DNA of 63,788 nt, filler included, from Octopus bimaculoides (lineage: Eukaryota), in NCBI RefSeq assembly GCF_001194135.2. It is 6 parts of 6 records of this genome, joined end to end, with 100 filler letters (N's around TTAATTAATTAA, not from the genome) between each part and the next. Parts side by side here need not be neighbours in the genome. Positions count along the whole stretch, not along the records: positions 24,733 to 54,582 come from NC_068991.1; 5 more parts are not named here. The stretch is one strand, 5' to 3'. Below are positions 25,827 to 38,322 of the stretch, piece by piece. Each line of letters opens with the position of its first letter. The first letter of the stretch is position 1. Position numbers and translations under genes: made by a program. The notes below the pieces were generated by a model. It saw only the letters and a program-made list of their open reading frames with translations, did not search any database and was not told the DNA's origin.

Positions 25827-26003
25827 NNNNNNNNNNNNNNNNNNNNNNNNNNNNNNNNNNNNNNNNNNNNNNNNNNNNNNNNNNNNNNNNNNNNNNNNNN
25901 NNNNNNNNNNNNNNNNNNNNNNNNNNNNNNNNNNNNNNNNNNNNNNNNNNNNNNNNNNNNNNNNNNNNNNNNNNNNNNNNNNNNNNNNNNNNNNNNNNNN
26001 NNN

Positions 26004-26034
<31 letters not shown>

Positions 26035-26627
26035 CTTGTCTTGTTTTGTTTTTTTTTTGCTAGTTTAGGATTTAACTCCCTATCTGTTATTTTGCCGCCG
26101 AAAACTAAGAGATTGAACCAAGATAGACGTAGTTAGGGATAGTTTTAAGGATGCTGGAAGAAAGAACGAAGTATCTTGTGAATTAAGGAGAAAGAATTAA
26201 GACTGGGATAGTGATGGGGAGGGGGGTCACACGGAAAAAGGAGAGCAGGAAGAGGGGCGGGGAGAGGGAGAAAGATAAGAAATAGAGAAATTAGAGGAAG
26301 TGAGAGATAAAAGGAGAAGAAGTGAGAGAGAGAGAAAGATATGGAGGGTTGAGGGGGAAAGAAAAAGAGGGATGAAGCGAGAGTGATAGAGAGGGTTGAG
26401 AGAGAGAGGGGCAGGGGGGGATTGAACGTAGGAAAATAAGATATGTGAAAGAAAGGATTGAGAAGTAGGAGGTGGTCGTGGATTGGAAGGGATGGCTGAA
26501 TGTAAAAGGACATAGGAAGGAAAAGAGAAGAAATAATAGGAGTTCTGTGAAGGAGAGGAAGGAGGAGAGGACAAAGCGCGGGAAGGAGTGAGGGGTGGGG
26601 AGAAGGAATTGATATAAAATGAAGGAA

Positions 26628-26866
26628 GGTGGCGAGGAGCTGGCCGAGACGTTAGGACGCCGGGCGAAACGCTGAGCCGTATTTCGCCTGTCTCTACGTT
26701 CTGAGTTCAAATTCCATCGAGGTCGACTTTGCTCTTTACCCTTTCGGAGGTCGATTAAATAAGTACCAGTTGCGCACTGGGGTCAATGTAATCGACTTAA
26801 TCTCTTTTTCTGTCCTTGTTTGTTCCCTCTATGTTTAGTCCCTTGTGGGCAATAAATAAATAAATA
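26628..26866 (+). mobile_element. SINE family B (tail type 2)
   Basis: Same head and body, but the 3' end is TGTCCTTGTTTGTTCCCTC..CCTTGTGGGCAAT(AAAT)n. Confidence 0.88.
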
Positions 26867-27009
26867 CAGAATTAAGGAGAAAACTTTAAAAGAAAAAAGA
26901 CGCATGAGGTGAAGTAAATTCCTCGACAGAAGGCCATGTCTCGATTAAAATAATTTCCTGCTCCAGCATATGACTGGTACTTATTTAATTGATTTTGAAA
27001 GAATTTAAA

Positions 27010-27485
27010 AGATTCAGATACTTGCTCATTCCTAAGGTTGACCCTTCAATTCGTGGCCAAAGCCTGGTCTTGCACTGCCAGTATGATGCACTCAGTCTCT
27101 TTTTTCAGTGTTCCTTTCTTCAACCAATTCCACCTATTTTTGCCAGCAACTTCAGTTATGCCTACATCGAATCGATTGTGTAGTCCCTTCTTGCGTAATT
27201 CTTCTTCATATCTTTTTTGTACTTCTTCCTTTGTTTTTCCTTTTTCAGTACTCTCTCATTCCTGACTCTAGCAAAGTTTCCTTACTTTGGGATAAGTATC
27301 TCAGTAAACTCCCGACTTCGATAAGTACGCAGTCTTCCTCCATTTGCTCTCTTAATGTATAGTCGACCAGTGTCTGCATATGGATGATGGGCTCCATGCA
27401 TCGTCAGAGGCTTTCTTGACTTCCTATCCAACTCCATTTGCTCATGCTCTGTCTACTTCAGAATTCCACGCCATAGCAAACCACT
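27010..27485 (-). mobile_element. R4/Dong-like LINE fragment (RT thumb region)
   Basis: ELDRKSRKPLTMHGAHHPYADTGRLYIKRANGGR ... WNWLKKGTLKKETECIILAVQDQALATN. Confidence 0.82.
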
Positions 27486-27676
27486 GCGAATGTGCGCGTG
27501 TTTATTGCTGAAATCATGTTTCTGGTATTCAGCTTTGAATTCAATATTTTTCTCCCTCGCCGCAGACACTCTTTCTTTATCTTTTTCTTTCATGCTGTTA
27601 TGCTTTATTCCATCTCCATCAAATATTCTCAGGCATTTATATTCGGATCATTTCACCCTTGGCATACGTATACCTC

Positions 27677-27742
<66 letters not shown>

Positions 27743-27950
27743 GGCGACGAGCTGGCAGAATCATTGGCAAGCCGTCGACCGTCCTTACGTTCTGAGTTCA
27801 AATCCCGCCGAGGTCGACTTTGCCTTTCATCTATTCGGGGTCGATAAATTAGGTACCAGTCAAGTACCTGGGTCGATATGATCGATTGTCCCCCTCCCCA
27901 CAAAAATCCAGGCATTGTGCCTAGAGTAGAAAGGATTATTATCATTATTA
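27743..27950 (+). mobile_element. SINE family B (tail type 1, internal deletion)
   Basis: Head after (ATT)nAA; tail AGAAAGGATTATTATC. Confidence 0.88.
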
Positions 27951-28179
27951 TCATTGTTGTTGTTGTTGTTGCTGTTTAGTGCTGTTCACGTTAGAGTTAT
28001 TAGCCATTATATTATTGCTATTATCTGTCTATTAATGTATCTTTTGTGATTGCTAATCTCACCCGTTTCTTCGATGTAAATCACACACGCACGTACACAC
28101 ACACACACAAGTACTGTTCTTGTTATGCATTTCGCCTTTGCACTGTCCCCTCGACGTCTTATAGCCAATAAAACAAACC

Positions 28180-28194
28180 ATTATTATTATTATC

Positions 28195-28277
<83 letters not shown>

Positions 28278-28285
28278 TATTATTA

Positions 28286-28377
<92 letters not shown>

Positions 28378-28448
28378 NNNNNNNNNNNNNNNNNNNNNNN
28401 NNNNNNNNNNNNNNNNNNNNNNNNNNNNNNNNNNNNNNNNNNNNNNNN

Positions 28449-28528
<80 letters not shown>

Positions 28529-28590
28529 TATTATTATCATTATTATTATTATTATTATTATCATTATCATCATCATCATCATCATCATTA
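28180..28590. repeat. (ATT)n microsatellite spanning a gap
   Basis: Directly visible. Confidence 0.95.
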
Positions 28591-28982
28591 CCTTTATAAG
28601 AGGTAAAAACTTTTCTGTTAACATTTTCCATTACTTTAATAAGTTTCCTACTTTAAAAATAACAAAAAATTTATATAAATAAATATAAAACGCCAGTCTC
28701 TTCTTAATCTCTTCGCAAAGAGTTTTATTATTAAAACTGCTTCGGTTTTTGTCGGTTGTTTAATGCATTGAGTACTTTTTACTTATTTGCTCGATAATTC
28801 TTTGTTCGTAACACAACTCGCAAATACAATATATTATGTGTGCTGCTGCGGAGGGGGGGTGGCGGAGAGGCTTAGAGATGGTTGATCGAACATAGAAAGA
28901 TGGATAAAGAAATAATTTGGTTTTTGTTAATTTTTTTTTTTCATAAAACGCAGTGGTTTAGTAGAGAGGGGGGGGGGTACCC

Positions 28983-29058
28983 TGACGAACTGACGTTGTT
29001 ACTCTGACGTCATCAGTGCAGCAATTGCAACGCCTAAAGAGTTGTATTGACGTCAATA
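28983..29058. promoter_or_regulatory. CRE (CREB/ATF) site cluster
   Basis: TGACG at 28983 and 28991; full TGACGTCA at 29005-29012 and 29048-29055 (the latter inside the palindrome TATTGACGTCAATA). Confidence 0.5.
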
Positions 29059-29717
29059 TATATTCATTTACACTCACTAATCAATGCCGTAACCGACGTT
29101 TATCTATCAGTAGGAGGATAGAATCGATAACTGCAGAAGATCGGGAGATTTATCGCAGAAAACATCGCCTGACCATCATCACTTATTGATTTTTTTTTTC
29201 ATCATTCTACGCATCTGTTGTTGCCGTTGTAGCAGTTGTTGGTTTTGGTTTTGGTTTGCTGTTGACGTTGATGATGATGATCATCATCATCATCATGATC
29301 ATGACAATAATGGTGGTGGTGGTGGTGGTCATAGTGGTAGTGGCGGTGGTGGTGGTGGTGGTGGTGGTGGTGCTGCTGCTGCTGCTGTTGTTGTGGTTCA
29401 TTTTCTTTTCCCCAGGTTTTACCAATTTGTTTATTAATTTTTACCGCAGAAATTACTACATATGTGTATGTGTGTGCGAGTGAGCGTGTGTGTATTGTTA
29501 TGAAACGATGATGGCGATGATGATGATGATGAGAGTGGTGGTGGTGGTGGTGGTGACGATGATGATATTCTTCATTATCATCATCATCGTCATCATCGTC
29601 ATCACCACGATAATCGACCTGTATCATCCTGACGGTGATACACGCAAATTGGCCAAACAAATAAGATTTTACGTTTCTATCGCAACGGTTCCTTTTTTTT
29701 TTTTTGCCATTCATCTG

Positions 29718-29780
29718 CGTAAATACCGATATATACCTGCATTACGTAAATACCGATATATACCTGCATTACGTAAATAC
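29718..29780 (+). repeat. 27-bp tandem duplication (2.3 copies)
   Basis: CGTAAATACCGATATATACCTGCATTA twice, then CGTAAATAC. Confidence 0.9.
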
Positions 29781-29821
29781 ACACACACATACACTGAAAC
29801 AGACACACACACACACATACC

Positions 29822-30090
29822 TATACTCGTATATTTGACAAAGCTTCCTGGGCAAAACTTTCCCAACCTGGTCATGTCTCCGGTTCTTACATTTTCCTTG
29901 AGCCACCTTGGAACATTCTGAAGCAATGTGTACCAGTGTCTCATGCCAAATGCCACAGACTCTACACTTTTCTGACTCCTTCTCCTCACATATTTTCTTA
30001 GGTTGTTTGTTTTTATCGCTTCACCTTCAGCTGCTTTAACAAGGCTCTCCGGTTCCTCTTCTTATTGTCCTTTTCTTTTACATATATCCC
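29822..30090 (-). mobile_element. R4/Dong-like LINE fragment (CCHC knuckle)
   Basis: ESLVKAAEGEAIKTNN..CRVCGIWHETLVHIASECSKVAQGKCKNRRHDQVGKVL..KLCQ. Confidence 0.8.
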
Positions 30091-30224
30091 CAATGTACGA
30101 CCGATATATTTCAGGGTTTTCTCGAGACAAATACCAGTTTCAAGACTTATAACACTATATCTGCGTTTAGTGTGATATACAGGCTGTTATTTTTAATTAA
30201 TACTGCTTTAATTGCTGCAAACAT

Positions 30225-30245
30225 ATATGTGTGTGTGTGTGTGTG

Positions 30246-30293
<48 letters not shown>

Positions 30294-30656
30294 CTACATA
30301 CATCCATCCACATACATCCATCCACATACATACATACATAGATACATACATAGGTACATACATACATACGTACATACATACATACGTACATACATACACA
30401 CATACACACGTACATACATACATAGATACGTACATACAGTGTTTATGTACATACATACATACGTACGTACATACATACGTACATACATATATACGTACAT
30501 ACATACGTACATACATACCATACATATGTACATACATACGTACATACATACGTACGTATTACGTACATACATACATACATACTTACATACATTCATACAT
30601 ACGTCCGTATATACACACATACATACATACATACATACATTCATACATACATACAT
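30225..30656. repeat. Compound (GT)n-(GA)n-(TACA)n microsatellite
   Basis: Directly visible. Confidence 0.95.
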
Positions 30657-31587
30657 GCAAAGTAAAAGTGCACAGTACCATAGAATATAGTCCTACTTAA
30701 TCTATTCCTTTGCCAACAACGAAGAATTCCCCTGCGAGGAATTCACGTTGTTCTTCACGTTTGCTAAGCTGCGATAAATTCATAAACTCCAAACCAGGCA
30801 ATCTTAACGGACCGCATGGCTAATCTCGTTTTTATCTCACGTTATTCTCGTCATTAAAGCAAAAGAGTTATATATTTAAGAGAAGCTAACTTAAAACAAG
30901 AACAGGAAATGGAAGCAAAAATTTTGCGAGAATGAGACAAACACAAGGAAGGAAGTTGGGAGAAAAGAGATTATAATATTGGTGTTGTGCTTAATTTTTC
31001 TCTATTCATTGCTCGTAGATATTGTTATATAATTCGTACATTTAAGATCGATACAAGGCACATTCAAATTAATACCAAATTGCCGAGAATAATTATAGTA
31101 TTATGCAATCATGCTACACACTAGAATCGTTTGGTTGCTGATCTTACCACAAGATTGTTTTGGAGGATTTTTTGGTAGGGTTTTATTTTTTGCCTTGGTA
31201 GCTTCATGAAAGCTACGAACAAAGCATTTATATAGCACGGTAGACATCATCTGGTGATGTAGAAGTACAAAACACAAGAGACAACGCCAGGAAAAAGACA
31301 AAGTACAAAGGTTATCGGCTTTACAAATATAAGCGTTGTCTGTGTGTGCTGTAGCATGGGCTCACTGAGAAGACAAGATATGACATCTTAAATGCATGGG
31401 TAACGATATTACCGTTGTAGTTCCGCTTACGATTCGAATCATCACATGTTGGAGTTACAAATGCAATCTGCTACCATAAAAAGAATCCTTCTGTTTCTCC
31501 AGAGAAAATGTCTATAACTCTCAGCATAACATCCGAAAATGCAATGCAAACTCCAATATATGTGTGTACGTGTGTGCGTGCATGTTT

Positions 31588-31633
<46 letters not shown>

Positions 31634-32030
31634 ACAGTTTAATTCATCTGCTCCACATTTCGTAGCCGCAGGACACGTCCACCTCATCAGAAGATGACGA
31701 TCTTACGACGACATTGAACGAGGTGGAACTGTTTGTTCCACGCCCACGAAACACTGAAGAAACGTAGAGCTGTGTCATTCTGCCATTAAATTCATAGAAC
31801 TCGAACGAAAATCTGTTGACTTCTTTTTGGTTTTCTTTGCTCGCTCACTCGTCNNNNNNNNNNNNNNNNNNNNNNNNNNNNNNNNNNNNNNNNNNNNNNN
31901 NNNNNNNNNNNNNNNNNNNNNNNNNNNNNNNNNNNNNNNNNNNNNNNNNNNNNNNNNNNNNNNNNNNNNNNNNNNNNNNNNNNNNNNNNNNNNNNNNNNN
32001 NNNNNNNNNNNNNNNNNNNNNNNNNNNNNG

Positions 32031-32108
<78 letters not shown>

Positions 32109-32380
32109 GTAGGTAGATAGTATATTTGTCTGTATGATGAAATTTGTTTCTACGTGGTACTGTGAATATATGTGAATCTGGCAAACTGTGTGAAGATTAT
32201 GTAATTAGCTCTTAGCAATGATAGAGAGATGAAAATGGTGATAGAGAGGCGAAGAGGGAGAAAAAAAAGCTAGACGGTGAAAGAGAAAGAGAGAGAAATT
32301 GAAGAGGGGGATAGTTTAGGATAGAGAGAGAGAGAGGGAATGCGTGAGTGATGGGGTTAGACTGCAAAGAGAAATATTGT

Positions 32381-32422
<42 letters not shown>

Positions 32423-32788
32423 TACGTATAAAGAGAGACTGGAAGTTTCAACGCCAGAGCACCTTCTGATCGATACAAATCAATAAGATAAACCGTTAGA
32501 GAGAAACATGAAGTGTTTATTGAAGATGCATATGTGCATATATTATGGTGTGTGGTGTATAAAAAAGAAGGCACTGACAGGAATCTACTGTTCAGGGTTC
32601 GATCCTCAGCTTTACCTTCTTTGCTGATAATGCGTCATATCAATTCAGATTTTGTTTCTTTCAGTTCATATTTGTGTGGTGGATGGTTCAACGAGGTTAT
32701 GTGGGGTGATAAAAATAGCAGCCAAATTCCATTTTATCATCTTAAATATGGTTTCGATTTTTTGCACAAGGACTGCAATGAAGAGATA

Positions 32789-32935
32789 AGTCAATTACAT
32801 TGACCTCAGTGCTCAACTGGTACTTATTTTATCGACCCCGAAAGGATAACAGGTAAAGTCGGCTTTTGGGTGGACTTTGAGCATAGAACATATAGACGAA
32901 CAAAATGCCGTTAAGCGTTTCGTCCGGCGTTCTAA
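32789..32935 (-). mobile_element. SINE family B, partial
   Basis: CTGGTACTTATTTTATCGACCCCGAAAGGAT core. Confidence 0.8.
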
Positions 32936-33122
32936 AAATTAATGCGGTTAACGTATTAATTTGAACCGGTTTCTAGTGTTTGAATTCATAATTTTCTTTG
33001 CTTACATTATATTTTTTCATTGTTATTCGCCGTGGATTGGTAGAATTGGTAGAGCACTAAGCAATATATGCATGTGCGTGCGTGCATGTGTTTGCTGTTT
33101 CTCTCTCCGTTTTGTGTGTGAG

Positions 33123-33178
<56 letters not shown>

Positions 33179-34049
33179 CAAATATGTGTATTCATTTTGT
33201 GAACGGTTGGTTCCTTAGAAATCTCCATTTTTAGAATCTGTTATCTTTCTTACTAAATTGTTTTTTTTTCATTCTTTTCAAATGCATTGTGGGAAAACTC
33301 CGTCCGGCATATTTTTTAAATCTCATGTAATTTGCATTGTGTATCTTTATTCACAGCGCCAGTGTAGGAGTCATTTTCGTTAATACCCAGGTATTTGTAG
33401 TACTTCTGTGCAGCAGAAGAGATGGAAAGAACCTTGATATAAAAGTTTTTGGTTTGTGGATTTTAGTTTCTGCGTTTTACTATTAAATATGCACATTTTT
33501 TTTTTAAACAATTTCAGTTTTTATATTATCTTAAAATGGTGTCATTAAATTCATTTGTTTCTCAACATCGTAAATATTTTCCTAGAAATTCTTTGCCAAG
33601 AAACTATTGGCTATATTAATGTCTGATTTTGCTGTATCCCTTCGCTTATGACTATTCTAACTTTATAAAAGTTAGAATAGTCTTTGAAAGAATGACTGTA
33701 TCAGAGACAATAGCCATGTTTTTTCAGTTACTAACTTTATAATCTATTGTGACTTTTGGAGGTATTTTAACTTGTGTATCTTGTCAGGAATTAGAGAGTT
33801 TTGGCAGGACTAATCCAAGAGTTCCCGACCCGAAACAAAACTTCTATTCCCACACTAAATTCTTACAAACGAATTAACATCTTTCTCTTTGTTAGAAGTA
33901 AATTACAAACGGGAATAGTACTCAATACATATAGTTGAGTGTAAATATGTTATTAGACGCTGAGGCTTTTTAAAATCTTTTTATAGATCTGAAGTTAGAC
34001 ATTTGTACTGTTATATCAAGAAGGTGCGCTCTATGTCTCTCGGAGAAAT

Positions 34050-34500
34050 ATTATATGAATACTAAACACATGAGTACTGGACATTGAATACATCAACATT
34101 AAACACTGAATACTAAAGGGATGAACAATGAACAGTGAACACATGAAAATATGAATACTAAACACATGAATATATAAAGACTGAACACTCACTACATGAA
34201 CACTAAATATAAACATTGAACGCATAAACAATGGACATATGAACACAGGAAAACTGAACATATCAGCGCTGAACATATGCACCATTAAACATATCAACAT
34301 TAAACGCATGAAAACTGAACAAGTGGTATCTTACACGGAAATCATGAAGACTGGATATAAACATGAATGCTTGGACACATGGACATAAGAACACCTGAAC
34401 ACTGCATACTGGGACACGTAAACGCTAAACAATGAACATGGTCACTAAACAAATGAACATGTGTGCAGTGAACGTTGAACACTGTACACCGAATACGTGA
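34050..34500 (+). repeat. Decayed minisatellite of 7-8-nt units (TGAACAY / TAAACAY)
   Basis: Dozens of ACATGAA, ACACTGAA and ACTAAAC variants. Confidence 0.6.
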
Positions 34501-34884
34501 AGATTTTAGTGTATGTGTGTGCCGATTTTATTTAATCCCCAGGTGACACCCTTAAACCTAAGCTTAACCCCAGCAGACGGAAACAATTGTATTCCAACCG
34601 TGGCCATCCAGTTTATTGTTTTATTTTCCAAACGCAGTGGCTTCGATTTTTAGTGGCCACGTAGTTCTATCGTTGCTTGAAAATATGTGTGGTGTGTGTG
34701 TATGTGTGTATTAGCAGCAGTGAGGTGATAGACACACACACACACACACGCGCACGCACACACACACGCACGCGCACACACGCACACACACCAGCTATCA
34801 TCGACTCTCTTGTCAAATACTATTGCTACCCAGATTAAAACTAACACGTGTAATCAGCATGCTGTATCCGGTCTGCGTGGCGGG

Positions 34885-35215
34885 AATCTGAAGCAGCAGC
34901 ACCAGCAGCAGTAGCAGAAGCAGAAGCAGAAGCAGTAGCAGAAGCAGCAGTAACTACATCAACAACAGTAGCGGAAGTAGCAACAACGACAGCAAGCAAC
35001 AGCAGCGGCAGCAGCAGCAGCAGCAGAAGCAGCATTGGCAACAGCAAATAACAACAGCAGCAACAAGTAGATCATCAGAAGTAGTATTAGCGATAACAGA
35101 AGCAGCAGCAGCAGCAGCAGCAGCAACAGAAACAGCAGCGGGAAAAAATATCAACAGCAACCAGAGCAAGCAAGAAGAAGAGGAAGAGGAAGAGGAAGAG
35201 GAAGAGCAGCCTCGA
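34885..35215. repeat. Degenerate (GCA/GAA)n trinucleotide tract
   Basis: Directly visible; its ORFs are low-complexity. Confidence 0.85.
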
Positions 35216-36239
35216 CTGCGGCAACTGGCTGCAACGAATGCGCCACTTACAACTGGTGCTTTTAACAATCTACACATTGGTTTCACTTGAAATCAATACA
35301 ATGCAAGTATTTGCATTCGGACTGTTGTTGTTGTTGTTGTTGTTGTTGTGGTTGTTGATGCTATTATATTTATTCCAGTAGAAACAGGTTTCTTTTGTGT
35401 CAAAGGCGGTGGTGAGGATGGTGGGTTCGAGTTACACTTGGTTTTTGTTTAAATATTCATTTGTAAATTAACGGTGTGTGTTTTTTTTTAAATTATTATT
35501 TATGCTGTTTTCATTTTAAGTGAGTGGTTAACAGAAAGCTATCATAACTTAGTATGGAGTTCCAGAATTGCTTTTTAGCATACGTATATTTGCCATTCGA
35601 AGATACGAGTTCGATTTCCAGTAAAAGCCAGAGCATTTAGCACCAACCCAACCGTGGCTATCCTATCTAGCTCATGATTATCTAAGACCGCATTATTTGA
35701 GAAGTCTTTTTCTTCTTTATGTTGGTAAGAAGTGATATAGGAGATGTTTGGCTGGCATTTTTAGCATATTTAGCTACCATTTAGAGGTTTCCTTCTTTGA
35801 CTCATATTCATTCACATGTGTACATATGTAAAACGGTGAAGTATTATTTGGTGGAGATTTAGCTGCTATTTCTACCAGGTTTAGTTGCCTTGTAATGGTC
35901 TCCCTAAATGATTCAGACATAAAATAGTATTTAAGAAATTTGGTTCCTATTTCAAACAAATTGAGCGAATTGGATCGTCCGTCAAAAGATCTTAGTGGAT
36001 TGTGTAGACTTAATAAATTATCCCAAGTGTATAACTGGTATTCATATGATCTCGGTCACTTGTTCTTGATGGAAACCAGGCAACTGTCTCTATGACTCCT
36101 AGGACATGTTATAGAAATACCCAGGGAGTTACTGATGGTCACTTAGGTTTATATAAGAAGCCATTCGTTGTGTGGCGGGGTGGGGTACTGACAAAATCGT
36201 TACAATGATACAAAAAATATCGTGAGATATCTTTATAGC

Positions 36240-36780
36240 CCTACACGTTCTGAGTTCAAATTCCGCTAAAGTCAGCTTTGCATTTCGTTCTTTTCATGTT
36301 GATGAAATGAAGTACCAGTCACATATTGAGGCATTGTCAAATTCTGGTGACCATGTTAGAAACAAATGTGTATTGACAGAATCGTTAAGGCATTGCAAAA
36401 TATGCTTTGGGGCAACTGTCCGGGACCGTTTCGTTCTTGGGTTCAAACTTTGTCATGACCAACTTTGCCCTTCGGTTTTTCGGAGTCATTAAATAAAGTA
36501 CCAGTGAAGTACTGGGGTCGATTTAATCGACGAACAAAATTGCTAGATTGGAGCCTAAATTTGAAACAATTATTATTGGTTTCAAAGGCCAACGACTTCG
36601 GGGGTGGAGGGGTGAGTGGATTACATCGACGCCAGCGCTTAACTTGTATTTATTTCATTGACCCCGAAAGGATTAAAGGCAAAGTCGACCTCGGCGGGAT
36701 TTCATCCCAGAACGTAAATAGCCAGTAAAAATACCACTAAGCAGTTTATCCGGCGTGCCAACGATCTGACCAGCTGGTCG
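36240..36780. mobile_element. SINE family B cluster: two + fragments (36240-36330, 36410-36530) and one - copy (36590-36780)
   Basis: Core GAGTTCAAATTCCG / AAGTACCAGT / GTCGA..TCGAC motifs. Confidence 0.75.
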
Positions 36781-37961
36781 CTGTTCAAACCCAATCAATG
36801 TTCGTATTAAACCAGTGTCACCTACCAAAGGTTAATTTACTCGAATAAGCCTGTCGTCTGCGGATTTATTTCCTGTCATGTGGTGTCAATCTATAATACT
36901 ACGTGAGGCACAAACTTATTAAAAAACAAACACCTCTTGACTAAAAAGGCTTCGAAGACATCTAAAACAATATATTAGCTGGTAATGTTTCCTGAAGTTA
37001 TCCTCAGACCGAATGAAAACAAAACGGGGAGACACAAATAATTCACGAGTAATACAAAAACAATGCTGTGAAGAAAATACGTGTTAAAACAAGTGAATAA
37101 CGAATGATTGATAGATAAATTTTAGTCTATTTCATCTGGCACAAGTGCGCACTTACAAATTGTTAGAAGATACGTTATGTGAATGGTGGCGTGTTTCACA
37201 AAGTATTTCAGACTTGGGTTTCGAAACTTTGCAAGGTCGTTGGTGTTGTTGAAGATTAGCCCATTTCCAGCAGTACATAGGTTACGCCTTTACGACCCAT
37301 TAAAGTAAAATATGTTCCTGTCTACGGCGTCATATCAAGCCCTATAACATTCGCTATATATATANNNNNNNNNNNNNNNNNNNNNNNNNNNNNNNNNNNN
37401 NNNNNNNNNNNNNNNNNNNNNNNNNNNNNNNNNNNNNNNNNNNNNNNNNNNNNNNNNNNNNNNNNNNNNNNNNNNNNNNNNNNNNNNNNNNNNNNNNNNN
37501 NNNNNNNNNNNNNNNNNNNNNNNNNNNNNNNNNNNNNNNNNNNNNNNNNNNNNNNNNNNNNNNNNNNNNNNNNNNNNNNNNNNNNNNNNNNNNNNNNNNN
37601 NNNNNNNNNNNNNNNNNNNNNNNNNNNNNNNNNNNNNNNNNNNNNNNNNNNNNNNNNNNNNNNNNNNNNNNNNNNNNNNNNNCAACTAAATCTATTTCAT
37701 TACAATAAATCTATAAAAATGTTGTTTTATTCTAACGTTACATCGAGTGTTTAATGCAGTAATATATTATTCTATGTACAACGCACACTCTATACAATCT
37801 ATTATAATTTATCAATAACGTTACGACAATACACTAAATATTTTATCAAACCATTTCCCTCTGCTGTGATCACAAAATCTACACAATATCGTACATTATC
37901 ACTATTTGACATAAACCTTGTTGTCGATACAGCTTTAATGGTGATGGCGTTGGTGGAGCTA

Positions 37962-38322
37962 ATAATGGCTGTGTGGTGAGAAGCTTGCTCCCCAACCACA
38001 TGGTTCTGGGTTGAGTCGCACTGCGTGGCACCGTGGGCATACGTCTTCCTTGTGAATGGATTTGGTGGAAGGAAACTGAACGAAGCACGTCGTAGTTATA
38101 TATGTGTGTATGAGTGTGTGTGTGAGTCTTTTTGTCTGTGTTTGTTTCCCATCACCGCTTGACAACTGGCGTTGATGTGTTTACTTAGCGGTTCGGCAAA
38201 AGACAGTGATAGAATACTTAACAGGCTTCAAAAAAAGTCCTGGGGATCGATTCGTTTCATTAAAATTCTTCAAAGTGGTGCTGCAGCATGGCCGCAGTCT
38301 AATGATTGAAACAAGTAAAAGC
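37962..38322 (+). mobile_element. SINE family A, diverged with internal deletions
   Basis: TGGCTGTGTGG head; CAGCATGGCCGCAGTC..GAAACAAGTAAAAG end. Confidence 0.85.

Noticed and set aside
34841-35286. Ala/Ser/Cys-rich ORFs over the GCA repeat
   Set aside because: Low-complexity trinucleotide tract with no domain or splice context.
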